34,317 bases of DNA, taken from the NCBI GenBank assembly GCA_039799905.1, contig JBDLRP010000028.1:1-34317 (forward strand), read 5' to 3'. The notes below the pieces were generated by a model. The model searched no databases, was not told where the DNA came from, and saw nothing but the letters and a program-made list of their open reading frames with translations. This stretch comes from Pseudomonadota bacterium (GTDB lineage: Bacteria > Bdellovibrionota_B > Oligoflexia > Silvanigrellales > Silvanigrellaceae). A program made the position numbers and the translations under genes. Each line of letters begins with the position of its first letter. Position 1 is the stretch's first letter. Of this stretch, positions 16,953 through 26,325 are shown piece after piece.

Positions 16953-19705
16953 CAGGGTGCCGTTTGGCTCCATGATGTAATCACAGGCTTGCTGACATTT
17001 CCAGCTTCGTCGTATCCGCGCACGCAGAGGGAAAACTTCTTGGTTGTTCCCACAACGGCTGTTGTGCTGAATATAATCGGATTGTCGACCAACTGTTTGT
17101 TGACGTTTTCTTTGAGCAAGCTCGTTTTCTTGCTGTAACCGGTCTCGGGGCAGGTGGGAGTCTCCACAACCACGAAGTCGAAGGAGTCGATGGGTTCGCC
17201 CCCTGATACAGGGACGATGCCAACCTTGGACTCAAGCGTTGCCGCTTTCACAGTGCCGGTCGGGGCGCCCGTAAGACTGAATTTGGGAGGGGTGGTGTCG
17301 AGCGTCCAGCCCAATGAGGTGGGCTCTGTCGCAAGCTGCTCATTACCAGCTCGGTCGCGTGCAACAATGCACAAAACTCTGTTTCCATCGATGCCGGCAA
17401 TGTTTATAACCTCCGGAGCGTCCGGTGAAATGTTTTTCAATCCTGAAAATTTCGCACCGGTGCAGGCAGAGCCGGCGATCAGCGCAGTCCTGTAGGAAAC
17501 CACATCCCCCTCGGGCGAGACAACAAGTTTAACCGAGCGAGCATTGCTTCGCCCTCCCGCCTTGATGTCCGGCGTGGTCAGTCTGAATTCCGCCCTTGGC
17601 CGGCTGATGTCGAAGATCCATTCCATGTTCTGAATGTCGGATGTGTTGCCCGACGCATCGGTTGCAAAAATGCAGACGCGCAGAAGCTGTCCATCGTCGG
17701 CAGCTGTCACGAAGTTGGTGAAGGCCCGGGTTGCAATGCCCGTATTGGTTCCGGCCGCCGGCACATTGACCCGTGTGTAGGATGCGGTTGCAGATTTTTG
17801 TGGGCACGTTGTGTTTGCACCTTTGAGAACGGCCGTCGCAAACGAGACACGGATCGCATCTTCGGCTGCGCTGTATACGCCGTTTCTCCTGACGTCGACT
17901 CTCGCGGTGAATGTGGTGCGATTCGAGGCTCCCGTCGGAACACCCGAGACGACCATCGTTGGAGCTGTTTCATCGTGGAAGAACTGGAAGCGGCTGGGTT
18001 CGGATTGCGCTGCAATCAGGAAGCCATTTTCGTCCTTCTCAATACCAAGAACACACAGCGTGTGAATGCCGGTATTTGTTGCCAGTGGGTTCTTTTGCAG
18101 CTTGCTGGCAATACTCGTCGCTGCTTCGAAGGGAGAATTGTCATCCTCGCAAAATTTTCCTCCGACGAAATATTTGAATTTAAACTCGAATGACGAAGTC
18201 TCTTTGTTCAAAATTGATTCAATTGTGACCGGAATGCCGGGACTTTTTGCAGTTCCAAGCAGTTTTTGGTTTGCCGCCTGAACGAGGTCCAGAGAGTTCG
18301 GCGCTTTTGTCGGTAGCTTGGCAACCACGACATCCTTGTACCACGTGACTCCCACTGAATTGGATTGGGTGCCGGCAGCATTTTCGAGTTTGAGGCAAAA
18401 ACGATACCAGCCTTTTTGGATGATTTGATCAATATTGACTGACTTTGAAAACTTGACAGGAGCAACTGAATTCAGATTGCAGGGAGCGAGTCCGCGCGGC
18501 GCAGCAACAGTTTCAACTTTATAATACATCTTGCTTGTTGCAGGAATAAAATTGGTACTCGCATCAGGCTGGACAATGTTCACGACGTAAGTTGAGCTGA
18601 TGCTCGGGTTGACCGGCAATCCGGAAATGTTGTTTTCGTTGATGACCAAGGTGTTTTTGTCGACAGTGAACTGCACCGATTCGAGATTCTCTCTGATCCG
18701 GCCCAGTGGTGCGGGCTTTTCGGTCACAACACAAAGCGATTTTGTCACGCGCTTCGTTTGCTCATTCAGATCTTTCGCGAGATCCTGAGCCGAAAGGTTG
18801 ATGCTGACTTCGTTGTTGTCTGGAAATTTTTCTTTCTTTGGATATCCGACATCTGCTGTTCCTGGACATCCTGAACCGGTCACCAGCTGGTATGAATATT
18901 TAGCGGCCAAGTTCAATACACGCAACTTTATGCTCAGGTCACTCCCATCAACAACTGTGGGAAGTGGGTTGCCCGAGTCCGAGACAATCTGCGCCGCAGG
19001 AAGCTTTGCATCTTGAATGAAGTTAAACACGGTTGGAACTGGTTGTTCAGTACCAGCCCGCGACACACCCACCAAGCAGAGTGAATGTTCGCCATCATTA
19101 TTGAGCTGATACACGATTGATTCATCGAATGTGTAAGCGTTCGAATAGCCGTCGGTGCCGCACTGTTCCGGAGCAAGTCTACCCACGACGAATTTGTACT
19201 TGTAGTGGGTGGCGTTTTCGCCTTTAATCTGTGCGCTGAAGTATGCGGATATGTTGTGTTCCAACGGCAGGACGTCAAGATATGCACTTGGAACGGTCGT
19301 ATCCACTTCCCACGTATGAGCTTTGAGTTCTGTTTCAGCTCCACCCTCAAGTAGGCCCTTGATGCACAGTGAGTAGTTACCAGATTCGAAGACTTCAACG
19401 ATGGGCTGGTCGAAGCTGCGCAGTTCCGACATGACGACATCGGAACATGAGCCACCCTTGCTGATGGCGAAGGTGTATCCCTTCAAGCCAACACCTTCCA
19501 CATTGATATTGACTTCCCGCACTGCGGAAATAGCAGGTGGCAAATTCAGTAATCTGAGCTCCGGTTTGACGGCTACGTTTTGGTTGCTTCCGGCGCGTTC
19601 CGGCAGCTTTGGAATTTTAGACAACAGCGCTTCCTGCTGAGCGGGCTGACAACCCACAAATGTGATCCCCGTCAAAAATATCTTCAACGGCAAAAGAACC
19701 TTCAT
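16952..19705 (-). CDS. Large surface lipoprotein with eight tandem two-Cys Ig-like domains
   Basis: GGGGGA RBS; MKVLLPLKIFLTGITFVG|C lipobox. Repeats end in W/F-x-x-D-x-x-x-P and contain L-C-[IVL]-x-[GA]-x-D-x-x-GN, a bacterial Ig-like signature. Confidence 0.85.
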   Translation of the reverse strand: MKVLLPLKIFLTGITFVGCQPAQQEALLSKIPKLPERAGSNQNVAVKPELRLLNLPPAISAVREVNINVEGVGLKGYTFAISKGGSCSDVVMSELRSFDQPIVEVFESGNYSLCIKGLLEGGAETELKAHTWEVDTTVPSAYLDVLPLEHNISAYFSAQIKGENATHYKYKFVVGRLAPEQCGTDGYSNAYTFDESIVYQLNNDGEHSLCLVGVSRAGTEQPVPTVFNFIQDAKLPAAQIVSDSGNPLPTVVDGSDLSIKLRVLNLAAKYSYQLVTGSGCPGTADVGYPKKEKFPDNNEVSINLSAQDLAKDLNEQTKRVTKSLCVVTEKPAPLGRIRENLESVQFTVDKNTLVINENNISGLPVNPSISSTYVVNIVQPDASTNFIPATSKMYYKVETVAAPRGLAPCNLNSVAPVKFSKSVNIDQIIQKGWYRFCLKLENAAGTQSNSVGVTWYKDVVVAKLPTKAPNSLDLVQAANQKLLGTAKSPGIPVTIESILNKETSSFEFKFKYFVGGKFCEDDNSPFEAATSIASKLQKNPLATNTGIHTLCVLGIEKDENGFLIAAQSEPSRFQFFHDETAPTMVVSGVPTGASNRTTFTARVDVRRNGVYSAAEDAIRVSFATAVLKGANTTCPQKSATASYTRVNVPAAGTNTGIATRAFTNFVTAADDGQLLRVCIFATDASGNTSDIQNMEWIFDISRPRAEFRLTTPDIKAGGRSNARSVKLVVSPEGDVVSYRTALIAGSACTGAKFSGLKNISPDAPEVINIAGIDGNRVLCIVARDRAGNEQLATEPTSLGWTLDTTPPKFSLTGAPTGTVKAATLESKVGIVPVSGGEPIDSFDFVVVETPTCPETGYSKKTSLLKENVNKQLVDNPIIFSTTAVVGTTKKFSLCVRGYDEAGNVSKPVITSWSQTAP

Positions 19706-19730
19706 CACGATTCCCCCACATAATAATGTG

Positions 19731-19758
19731 CTATCGGCAGGAGAATTGGCTGGCTTCA
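19731..19758 (-). promoter_or_regulatory. Sigma28 (FliA)-like promoter
   Basis: Minus strand TGAAG-N15-GCCGATAG, 26 nt upstream of ATG 19705. Confidence 0.55.
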
Positions 19759-19790
19759 TGGAGTCAGAAAAAAAAATTAAATAGCTATTG

Positions 19791-20777
19791 TTATTCGCAT
19801 GATGTGATGGATGAATTGCCGTTTGCGTCGAGACTGTCGCGCGCGGGAATGGAGTTTTTTTGCGGAGTTGAGCTCAACTTTATTTTGGCAGTCTGTTCAA
19901 TCCAATCCTGGTAAGGAGCAATCAGCGTGTAGTTCGCATCACCCGTCATGCAGCTCGGATTGGGTGAGGGTTGAACGGTTGAGTTAACACCCTGCACGAC
20001 TCCAAACACCTGCTGCGTACTCTTGATGAATCCCGGACCACCCGAATCACCGAAGCACGCCCCTCTGTTTTCACCGCTGCGGTCAAAAACGCGGATTTGG
20101 TTGATAATGCTGGTGCGTGGAAAGTTTTCTCTGTTGATGATTTTATCGAGCATCGACTCCGCGCGGCGTTTCGTGCCGGCAGAGGCGTTATCTTGATCAC
20201 TGGTTTGTCCATAGCCAATCAGCACGACCGGCGTTTGTTCGGTCAGTGCGGTCGCGTCGAGGGCAAAGGATGTGGGTCTGTATTGAGCAGGAAGGTCCGA
20301 CCTCAGCTCGACAACAGCGATATCGTGAAAGCTGCCATTGAAATCCGGATGAACTGTAAACTTTGCTGCAGGAATGGTTTCGCTCTTTTTAACCTTTTCT
20401 AGGTTTGTGCCTGTGACGGCATAGACCTGTTTTCCTGTCTCCTGATCTCTGGCGGCAAAGCAGTGTCCCGCCGACAGAAGAATCCGGCTGGTCACGACAA
20501 CCGCAGTGCATGTCCCCACACCCTGACGTCCGTCGCTGTAGGAGGTCGCAATCTGCAGAGCAACCGTTGCCCGGTCCATGTCGTCGCTGTTTTGTGTCGG
20601 CTGACCATTCACAATTCCCAGTTCAAGGGATGGCTGCTGTGGGTTGGAGCCGCTGTCTGATGCGCAAACCTTGTTCGGCAAAACGACTAGCGGTGGTGCC
20701 GAACAGGAGGATAGCACCACACCCACGCTCAAACTGTGGAGCAGCCACTGCATTCTTCTTGGAGCCGAGCTAGACAT
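19791..20777 (-). CDS. S1 (chymotrypsin/trypsin-fold) serine protease, lipoprotein
   Basis: LSS|C lipobox; activation motif GIVNG; CTAVVV, LSAGHC (His), DIAVVEL (Asp), ACFGDSGGP (Ser). Position 189 is Gly, so specificity is probably not tryptic. Confidence 0.93.
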   Translation of the reverse strand: MSSSAPRRMQWLLHSLSVGVVLSSCSAPPLVVLPNKVCASDSGSNPQQPSLELGIVNGQPTQNSDDMDRATVALQIATSYSDGRQGVGTCTAVVVTSRILLSAGHCFAARDQETGKQVYAVTGTNLEKVKKSETIPAAKFTVHPDFNGSFHDIAVVELRSDLPAQYRPTSFALDATALTEQTPVVLIGYGQTSDQDNASAGTKRRAESMLDKIINRENFPRTSIINQIRVFDRSGENRGACFGDSGGPGFIKSTQQVFGVVQGVNSTVQPSPNPSCMTGDANYTLIAPYQDWIEQTAKIKLSSTPQKNSIPARDSLDANGNSSITSCE

Positions 20778-20800
20778 CCAACGCCCCCCATCAGAGCAAT

Positions 20801-20829
20801 GTTTCGGAAAAATCTCTCGTCTGGCTTAA
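20801..20829 (-). promoter_or_regulatory. Sigma28 (FliA)-like promoter
   Basis: Minus strand TTAAG-N16-TCCGAAAC upstream of the S1 protease. Confidence 0.45.
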
Positions 20830-20953
20830 TGTCTTTCTTAAGTCGTTGTTTTATTTTGTTTTTGCAGATTCGAGCAGACAAAACCGCCGAGCTGCCTATC
20901 GTTTTGGATGCAGGAGTGTTATCGGCACCTTATAACTCTAGGAGAAGTTCGTC

Positions 20954-21571
20954 ATGCTGAAGAGTCAATTGGAAAAAGTGAGCTACATCATCGGTCTCGA
21001 TATCGGTCGCAATTTGGCAAATCAGGGCATTGAAGTCGATGCTCAGGCACTGGTTCTCGGCGTCGCGGATTCGATGGGCGATGCTGATGCGAAGATGACC
21101 GAGGCGGAGATGCAAAGCGTGATGACTGCTTTCCAAACTGAAATGGAAGCCAAACAAGCTAAGTTGCAAGCCGCACAGTCTTCAAAGAACATCGATGAAG
21201 GCAAGGCGTTTCTGGAAATCAACCGCATGAAGGAAGGCGTCATCGTGTTGCCTTCGGGATTGCAGTACCGCGAAGTCAAAGCAGGGACGGGCCGCAGTCC
21301 GAAGGCAACCGACAAGGTCACCACCCACTACCGCGGCACATTGCTTGACGGCAGTGTTTTCGACAGCTCATACGAGCGCGGTGAGCCTGCCACGTTCCCA
21401 GTCAACGGTGTTATTGCAGGCTGGACAGAAGCGCTTCAGCTGATGAAGGAAGGGGCTGTTTGGGAGCTTTTTATTCCGGCGGATCTTGCATACGGTGCGC
21501 GCGGCGCGGGCGGAAAAATTGGTCCAAACGCGACGCTGACGTTCACAGTTGAGTTGCTCAACGTTCATTGA
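20954..21571 (+). CDS. fklB: FKBP-type peptidyl-prolyl isomerase (FklB/Mip type, no signal peptide)
   Basis: KVSYIIG.DIG dimerisation domain, LPSGLQY, V.THYRGTLLDG.VFDSS, VIAGWTEALQLM, IPADLAYG, IGPNATL.F.VELL; AGGAG RBS. Confidence 0.95.
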   Translation: MLKSQLEKVSYIIGLDIGRNLANQGIEVDAQALVLGVADSMGDADAKMTEAEMQSVMTAFQTEMEAKQAKLQAAQSSKNIDEGKAFLEINRMKEGVIVLPSGLQYREVKAGTGRSPKATDKVTTHYRGTLLDGSVFDSSYERGEPATFPVNGVIAGWTEALQLMKEGAVWELFIPADLAYGARGAGGKIGPNATLTFTVELLNVH

Positions 21572-22602
21572 GTTTCAGACGGTGAACAAACTTTGAATCC
21601 AAAGCGCGCTCCGGCGCGCATTTTTTCTCCCGTCTTCCGGCCGTGAGCATCGAGTTTTTTTGCATCGGCAAGCAGCTGGTTGAGCGGCTTTCGCAGCCGC
21701 GCTCCCAGCTTTGTCATTTGATAGGCGTATCCCATGCTGAATGCCTCAGTTTCAGCGAGCGCTGCCGATCGATTGAGTTGAGCCATCCGGCATCCCAGAT
21801 ACAAACCTGCATAAGCCTTGTAAGTCTGCGTTTCGCCCTCGGCGACTCCCGGAAGGGTGGCGAGGCCTGTTCGCGTTGAGAACAACAGTGCGAGAAAATC
21901 TTTGCTCAAGTTCTGATTGTTTTGCGCGGGAAACATTGCGTATTGAGTGAGCGCCGGAAACACCCTCGCATATTCGTCCAGACGTTTTTCAAAAAGAAGA
22001 TTCGCCTTCAGCCGATCGGCCTGAACGGCATTGTCGTCCAAACCAAGAAACGCAGCCAACAAAGCGGTTCGCACTTTTCTTTGTGGCAGTTGTGCGGGGA
22101 GTTTTGCATCTAGAATGCGATAAAAGTCGATATCGCTGCTGTCGGAAATTTCTTTCCCGATTTCGTGCACGGCTTGGGGCAGCAGGGCAATGAGTTCCTT
22201 GTCGCGACTCAATTCTGCAGCTGAATCAACGTCTGCCGCCATGCAAAAGGGCCCGTAGAGATCATTGTCGCTGCGGCAATAGGGTTTGAGAATAGTGACT
22301 GAGTCTTTGACAAAGCCATTGGGAACTTTGGCTATCAACTTTGAGACCGATTCCATCGCCGAATTAGCCGTGCTGACTGGCTCGTTCAGAGCACGGATTT
22401 TTGCAGCTTCTTTGCAATCTAGCTCAAGCGCTGTTTCGAGGTCATCCGGGTTGAGTGATGCACTTGGCCATGCTTTTTGTAGAGCATTGAAGGAATTGAC
22501 GGCGCAAGAGGATAGTCGTGCAAGTGAACGGCTCGATGTGGTCGGATTGGCAATCTTGCAGCCCGAGGTCATCAGCAGAGCGATTGCGATTGTGAGTTTC
22601 AC
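21565..22602 (-). CDS. Hypothetical mostly helical, Cys-containing lipoprotein
   Basis: GGGGA RBS, GTG start, MKLTIAIALLMTSG|CK lipobox, six further Cys; no family recognised. Confidence 0.75.
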   Translation of the reverse strand: MKLTIAIALLMTSGCKIANPTTSSRSLARLSSCAVNSFNALQKAWPSASLNPDDLETALELDCKEAAKIRALNEPVSTANSAMESVSKLIAKVPNGFVKDSVTILKPYCRSDNDLYGPFCMAADVDSAAELSRDKELIALLPQAVHEIGKEISDSSDIDFYRILDAKLPAQLPQRKVRTALLAAFLGLDDNAVQADRLKANLLFEKRLDEYARVFPALTQYAMFPAQNNQNLSKDFLALLFSTRTGLATLPGVAEGETQTYKAYAGLYLGCRMAQLNRSAALAETEAFSMGYAYQMTKLGARLRKPLNQLLADAKKLDAHGRKTGEKMRAGARFGFKVCSPSETQ

Positions 22603-22629
22603 GTTTTTTTCCCCGGTTTTTGTTGATAG

Positions 22630-22656
22630 GGGTCGGTGCGTTTACGCAGAACTTTA
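22630..22656 (-). promoter_or_regulatory. Sigma28 (FliA)-like promoter
   Basis: Minus strand TAAAGTTC-N11-ACCGACCC versus the consensus TAAAGTTT-N11-GCCGATAA. Confidence 0.4.
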
Positions 22657-22710
22657 GACCACCAAAGGTCTTGTTTTATGAGATTGTGACCCGATAATAT
22701 TGGGGAAATT

Positions 22711-23460
22711 ATGAAATTTGTAGAGCTTGGAAGTTTGCTGCTCCTCTCTTGCCTGACCGCCGTGTCCTGCGGTGGATTTCGCGACTCGCGGGACTCCTTT
22801 CCTGAAACAGTGTTCTTTGCAAATTCCGTCTGGCCCTCGGCGCGGCTGCGTGTGTGTTGGGAATTCAAAAACAGCCAAACCGAAGAGTTTACTTCCCAAT
22901 TCAAAACCGTCGTAGAGAGGGCATTCCAAGGGACAAAACTGTCATTTTCAGGCTGGGCCGTGTGTCCCCGTCACACACGCAACACGGACCTCCGCATCTT
23001 TATTTACGATGATCCGCTGGCAGACACACAGGTAGGGTTTGCTGACGTTCGCAGTCTGTTGGGACAGGCTGCAGACCGCGGGCATCCGCGAGTTCCAGTG
23101 CCGGGAAGGAAAATGCGCGGCAAGCGTGCCAATGTGATCTTTAATCTCTCGGGCCTGCATTCTGATCCATTTCTCGGACAGATGTACGACTCACTTTCGC
23201 CCATCGGCCGTCGCAACCTTGCACTGTCCTCATCGCTTCACGAATTTGGTCACGCAATTGGGCTCCGTCACGAAAACGTTCATCCCGACAATACCTGTGT
23301 CGGCTTCGACGAGAACTTGGAGTGGGGCGACAATATCGTCACTCCATACAACCCGGGTTCGTTCATGCAGCGCTGTTTTTATCGCAACTTCGACTACGAA
23401 ACGGGTATTGTCTGGCCGAATGAGGGTGATTTAGAGGGCATTAACAGAATCTATCGGTGA
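22711..23460 (+). CDS. Metzincin zinc metalloprotease, lipoprotein
   Basis: AVS|C lipobox; HEFGHAIGLRHE (HExxHxxGxxH), Met-turn YNPGSFM, C-terminal helix DLEGINRIY. Confidence 0.9.
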   Translation: MKFVELGSLLLLSCLTAVSCGGFRDSRDSFPETVFFANSVWPSARLRVCWEFKNSQTEEFTSQFKTVVERAFQGTKLSFSGWAVCPRHTRNTDLRIFIYDDPLADTQVGFADVRSLLGQAADRGHPRVPVPGRKMRGKRANVIFNLSGLHSDPFLGQMYDSLSPIGRRNLALSSSLHEFGHAIGLRHENVHPDNTCVGFDENLEWGDNIVTPYNPGSFMQRCFYRNFDYETGIVWPNEGDLEGINRIYR

Positions 23461-24457
23461 TTTTTGCGAGTGGCATGTTGAGTTCGCTGAGCTGACTGAA
23501 GAACTGTTTTTTGAGCTTCGTTTTCCAGTTTGTTTCCTGCTCGGATTTAAGAACATAGACGTCTGCCCGACCGGCGAGATCCATCAGCAGGTCATCGCTG
23601 GTACGAATTTCGTCAACTAATCCAAGATCGAATGCGGTCCGACCAAGCCACACCTCTCCGGTTGATACTGCATTGATGTCCAGGCGCGGCCGGAAGCGGG
23701 AGATATGCTCCTTGAACAACAGATGAATAGCTTCAAGATCTTTTTGATGTTTGGCCTTTTTGCTGTCATTCAATTCGCCAAAAAGGCTGACTGTCCGTTT
23801 AAATTCTCCGGCGGTCTGTTCCACAAAATCCACATCATTTTTCTTCAGCAGTCGGCTAAAGTTGGGCATTGAAGAAATGACCCCGATGCTGCCAATAAAT
23901 GCGAAAGGGGCGGCGACAATCTTGTTGGCAACACAAGCCATCATATATCCGCCACTGGCTGCGACTTTGTCGACACAAACCGTGACTGGACGGTTGCGTT
24001 CTGTCAGACGCGCGAGTTGCGACGCGGCAAGGCCATAACCGTGCACAACTCCGCCGGTGCTTTCAAGTCTGACAACAACTTCGTCGCCCGACTTCATGAC
24101 ACCGATGAGAGCAGAAACCTGTTCACGCAAAGTTGAAGTTGCAGATGCACTTATATCGCCCGAGAAATCAATTACAAAAACATTCCGTTTGGATGGCTCT
24201 TCGGCGTCGGTCTTCTTTTCTGCCTTCTGCCGCTCTTTTAGCAGTTTGGAAAATTCTTTTTCCGAAAGAAATGCTTGACGGATGCTGTCTTCGTTTTCCA
24301 GCCATGTCTTGTTCAGTTTCTCGATTGCAATCTTCTGTGCGCCATCTTTTTTGCCGCGTCTGGCAATCAGGATAATCAATGACAGCAGAATCAAAAGAAA
24401 AAGAACTACGACAGTGCTGGAAACGGCAAACTGAACCCAATCGGCAAAACTTTGCAT
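23441..24457 (-). CDS. sohB: Protease SohB (S49 family)
   Basis: N-terminal TM helix, VFVIDFSGDI.AS, LES.GGVVHGYGLAASQL.RL, VDKVAASGGYMMAC, APFA.IGSIGV, TAGEFKRT, TGEVWLG, LVDEI.TSDD. ATG 24457 (GGAG upstream) fits the SohB N-terminus better than 24514. Confidence 0.95.
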   Translation of the reverse strand: MQSFADWVQFAVSSTVVVLFLLILLSLIILIARRGKKDGAQKIAIEKLNKTWLENEDSIRQAFLSEKEFSKLLKERQKAEKKTDAEEPSKRNVFVIDFSGDISASATSTLREQVSALIGVMKSGDEVVVRLESTGGVVHGYGLAASQLARLTERNRPVTVCVDKVAASGGYMMACVANKIVAAPFAFIGSIGVISSMPNFSRLLKKNDVDFVEQTAGEFKRTVSLFGELNDSKKAKHQKDLEAIHLLFKEHISRFRPRLDINAVSTGEVWLGRTAFDLGLVDEIRTSDDLLMDLAGRADVYVLKSEQETNWKTKLKKQFFSQLSELNMPLAKITDRFC

Positions 24458-24569
24458 AAAATCAGTGCTCCAACCGGAGAGTATTGAGAATTCTTGAGGA
24501 AAACCATAATTCATTTTGTATCGGAGGTAAAATGGTTAATTTTCCGCGCCTGCTTCCGATACCGCTCGC

Positions 24570-26204
24570 ATGTTGTCAATAAACACTCTATTCAGCATTG
24601 TTGTTTTAGGTTTGTTGGTGGGCTGCAAGCCTTCCCGCGACAACGGCTGTTTGTCTGTTGCATCGAGTGAGCCAAAGATAGGTGTTACTCCCGACTTTGT
24701 TCAGGGCGGTTACATTCATTTCGGCGACAAGATGTGCACTGCGACCTTCGAAGTATCGGATGTTACGGCTGATACGATTTCGCTCAGAGCATATTCGGCG
24801 CGACACTGCCGGGTTGAGAAGACGACTGCCTCCGTGTCTAATTTTGTCAGTCTTTACTTTGAAAAATCAAATACAAGAAGCGCAGGCTTTGTACAAAAGA
24901 TTGCGGCGAAGGAAATTTTCTCGGCACGCGCCGAAAAAGCGCGCCGCGAAGTTGCAGCACTCGGAGTGAACGGTGCCAGCGAACTGTTTGCCGACGCGTT
25001 CGACATTCCGGTTCACTACAATCCGTTTGGTGAAGGCGAATTCAGCGGCGCGGATGCGATTGTTTGCAATAACATCGACTTTATTGGCGAACTTGATGAT
25101 CCGCAAAAGAAGCTTTCGCAGTCCTGCTGGAGCTTTCTCGACCTCGGTGTATTTGATTTTGAGATTTCAAAGGGCTCGCTTGGCAGCAAGGATTTCGCAT
25201 ATATTTCGGAGCGACTGAAAGCCAAGAAAGCAGCTTTGAACGGCTTCTTGTCAGCAAACCCCTCGCTGCAAGGACAGTACGCCGAACACCGGAAGCGAGT
25301 TCACTCGGTGACGGGTCTTATGAGATTGCAAAAGGCCTCAAGGCTTGCGTATTTGTTGAATATGGACTTTTGCAAGATCTCTTCAGCCGCCGGAGTTGAC
25401 ACAGCTAAAATGTGCTCAGCTCAAAGACGACTGATTGAAATTGCGGGGCAGAATTTCATCGAGACAGATGAGTCGGGCCGACAGGTCAATATTTTTGACA
25501 AGCTATCTAAGCTGACGGATCTTTCCATGCCGGGTGAATCATACGCGAACCTTCTCGCAGGTCGGCGGCTTGCAGGACATGACTCTTTGACCTTTGCCAA
25601 CGCCGACGAACATGCGAGGGCATACGCGGTTTCTATGTGGCATATCTTCAAAGACCAGACGGCAATTGCGATTCAATCGTTCAGGCGTGTCTTGAAGGAG
25701 CACAGTGGACAAACTCCGGAGGACAAAGTTTCTCCCGTTCTGAGCGTCTCCACAAACTTTGCAGTGAAAGGAAAGTCTGGCGCTGCTGATATTCGTTTTG
25801 GGCAATTTCCGCTCTCGTTCCTGAGCAGGCAGCCCGACAGGTTTGTTTTTGTAAAAGGTTTCGCGCGTGATACGAAAAACGATCCAGATCGCATGCTCTT
25901 TGGTGTTGGCTTTTTTGGAACCCTCAAGATGGGAGTGCCACGGGAGGTTGAGGCTATCAAGTTTTTACCCTCCGACAGCGGCTCACTTTTGTCACTGAAA
26001 GGAGTCCTCCCGTTGATGGTCCTCAACACCGTCGACGACAAGCCGACGTCGGGCGGCGCGTCCATCCTCGCGCTTCCGGAGGCGAAGGAGGAAGACATTC
26101 CGGCACAGAATGCGGGCTCCGGCACCGGCGGAAAACAAACCGCAGCAAACGGCGACGTGACAATCGACTCCTCACTGTTTGCAGGCGGCGTGAGCTGTCA
26201 GTGA
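24570..26204 (+). CDS. Lipoprotein, probably a highly divergent trypsin-fold (S1-like) protein with large insertions
   Basis: LVG|CK lipobox; C56TATF...YSARH79C, FLD191LGVF and LPSDS470GSLL resemble the S1 His/Asp/Ser motifs. Confidence 0.6.
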   Translation: MLSINTLFSIVVLGLLVGCKPSRDNGCLSVASSEPKIGVTPDFVQGGYIHFGDKMCTATFEVSDVTADTISLRAYSARHCRVEKTTASVSNFVSLYFEKSNTRSAGFVQKIAAKEIFSARAEKARREVAALGVNGASELFADAFDIPVHYNPFGEGEFSGADAIVCNNIDFIGELDDPQKKLSQSCWSFLDLGVFDFEISKGSLGSKDFAYISERLKAKKAALNGFLSANPSLQGQYAEHRKRVHSVTGLMRLQKASRLAYLLNMDFCKISSAAGVDTAKMCSAQRRLIEIAGQNFIETDESGRQVNIFDKLSKLTDLSMPGESYANLLAGRRLAGHDSLTFANADEHARAYAVSMWHIFKDQTAIAIQSFRRVLKEHSGQTPEDKVSPVLSVSTNFAVKGKSGAADIRFGQFPLSFLSRQPDRFVFVKGFARDTKNDPDRMLFGVGFFGTLKMGVPREVEAIKFLPSDSGSLLSLKGVLPLMVLNTVDDKPTSGGASILALPEAKEEDIPAQNAGSGTGGKQTAANGDVTIDSSLFAGGVSCQ

Positions 26205-26325
26205 GTTTTTACGAGTCTGGGTAAATTTTTCATCGACACGCACCCATCAACAAATTTTGCAGCTTTGCCGGTCGGCCAGCTCTGCGAGGATGATCCCGTT
26301 GGGTCATCTTTTTAAGGGGTATAGG

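Noticed and set aside
20919..20926. Perfect GCCGATAA on the minus strand upstream of the S1 protease
   Set aside because: There is no -35 match at the proper spacing, it overlaps the likely fklB promoter/RBS region, and a better-placed candidate exists at 20801-20829.
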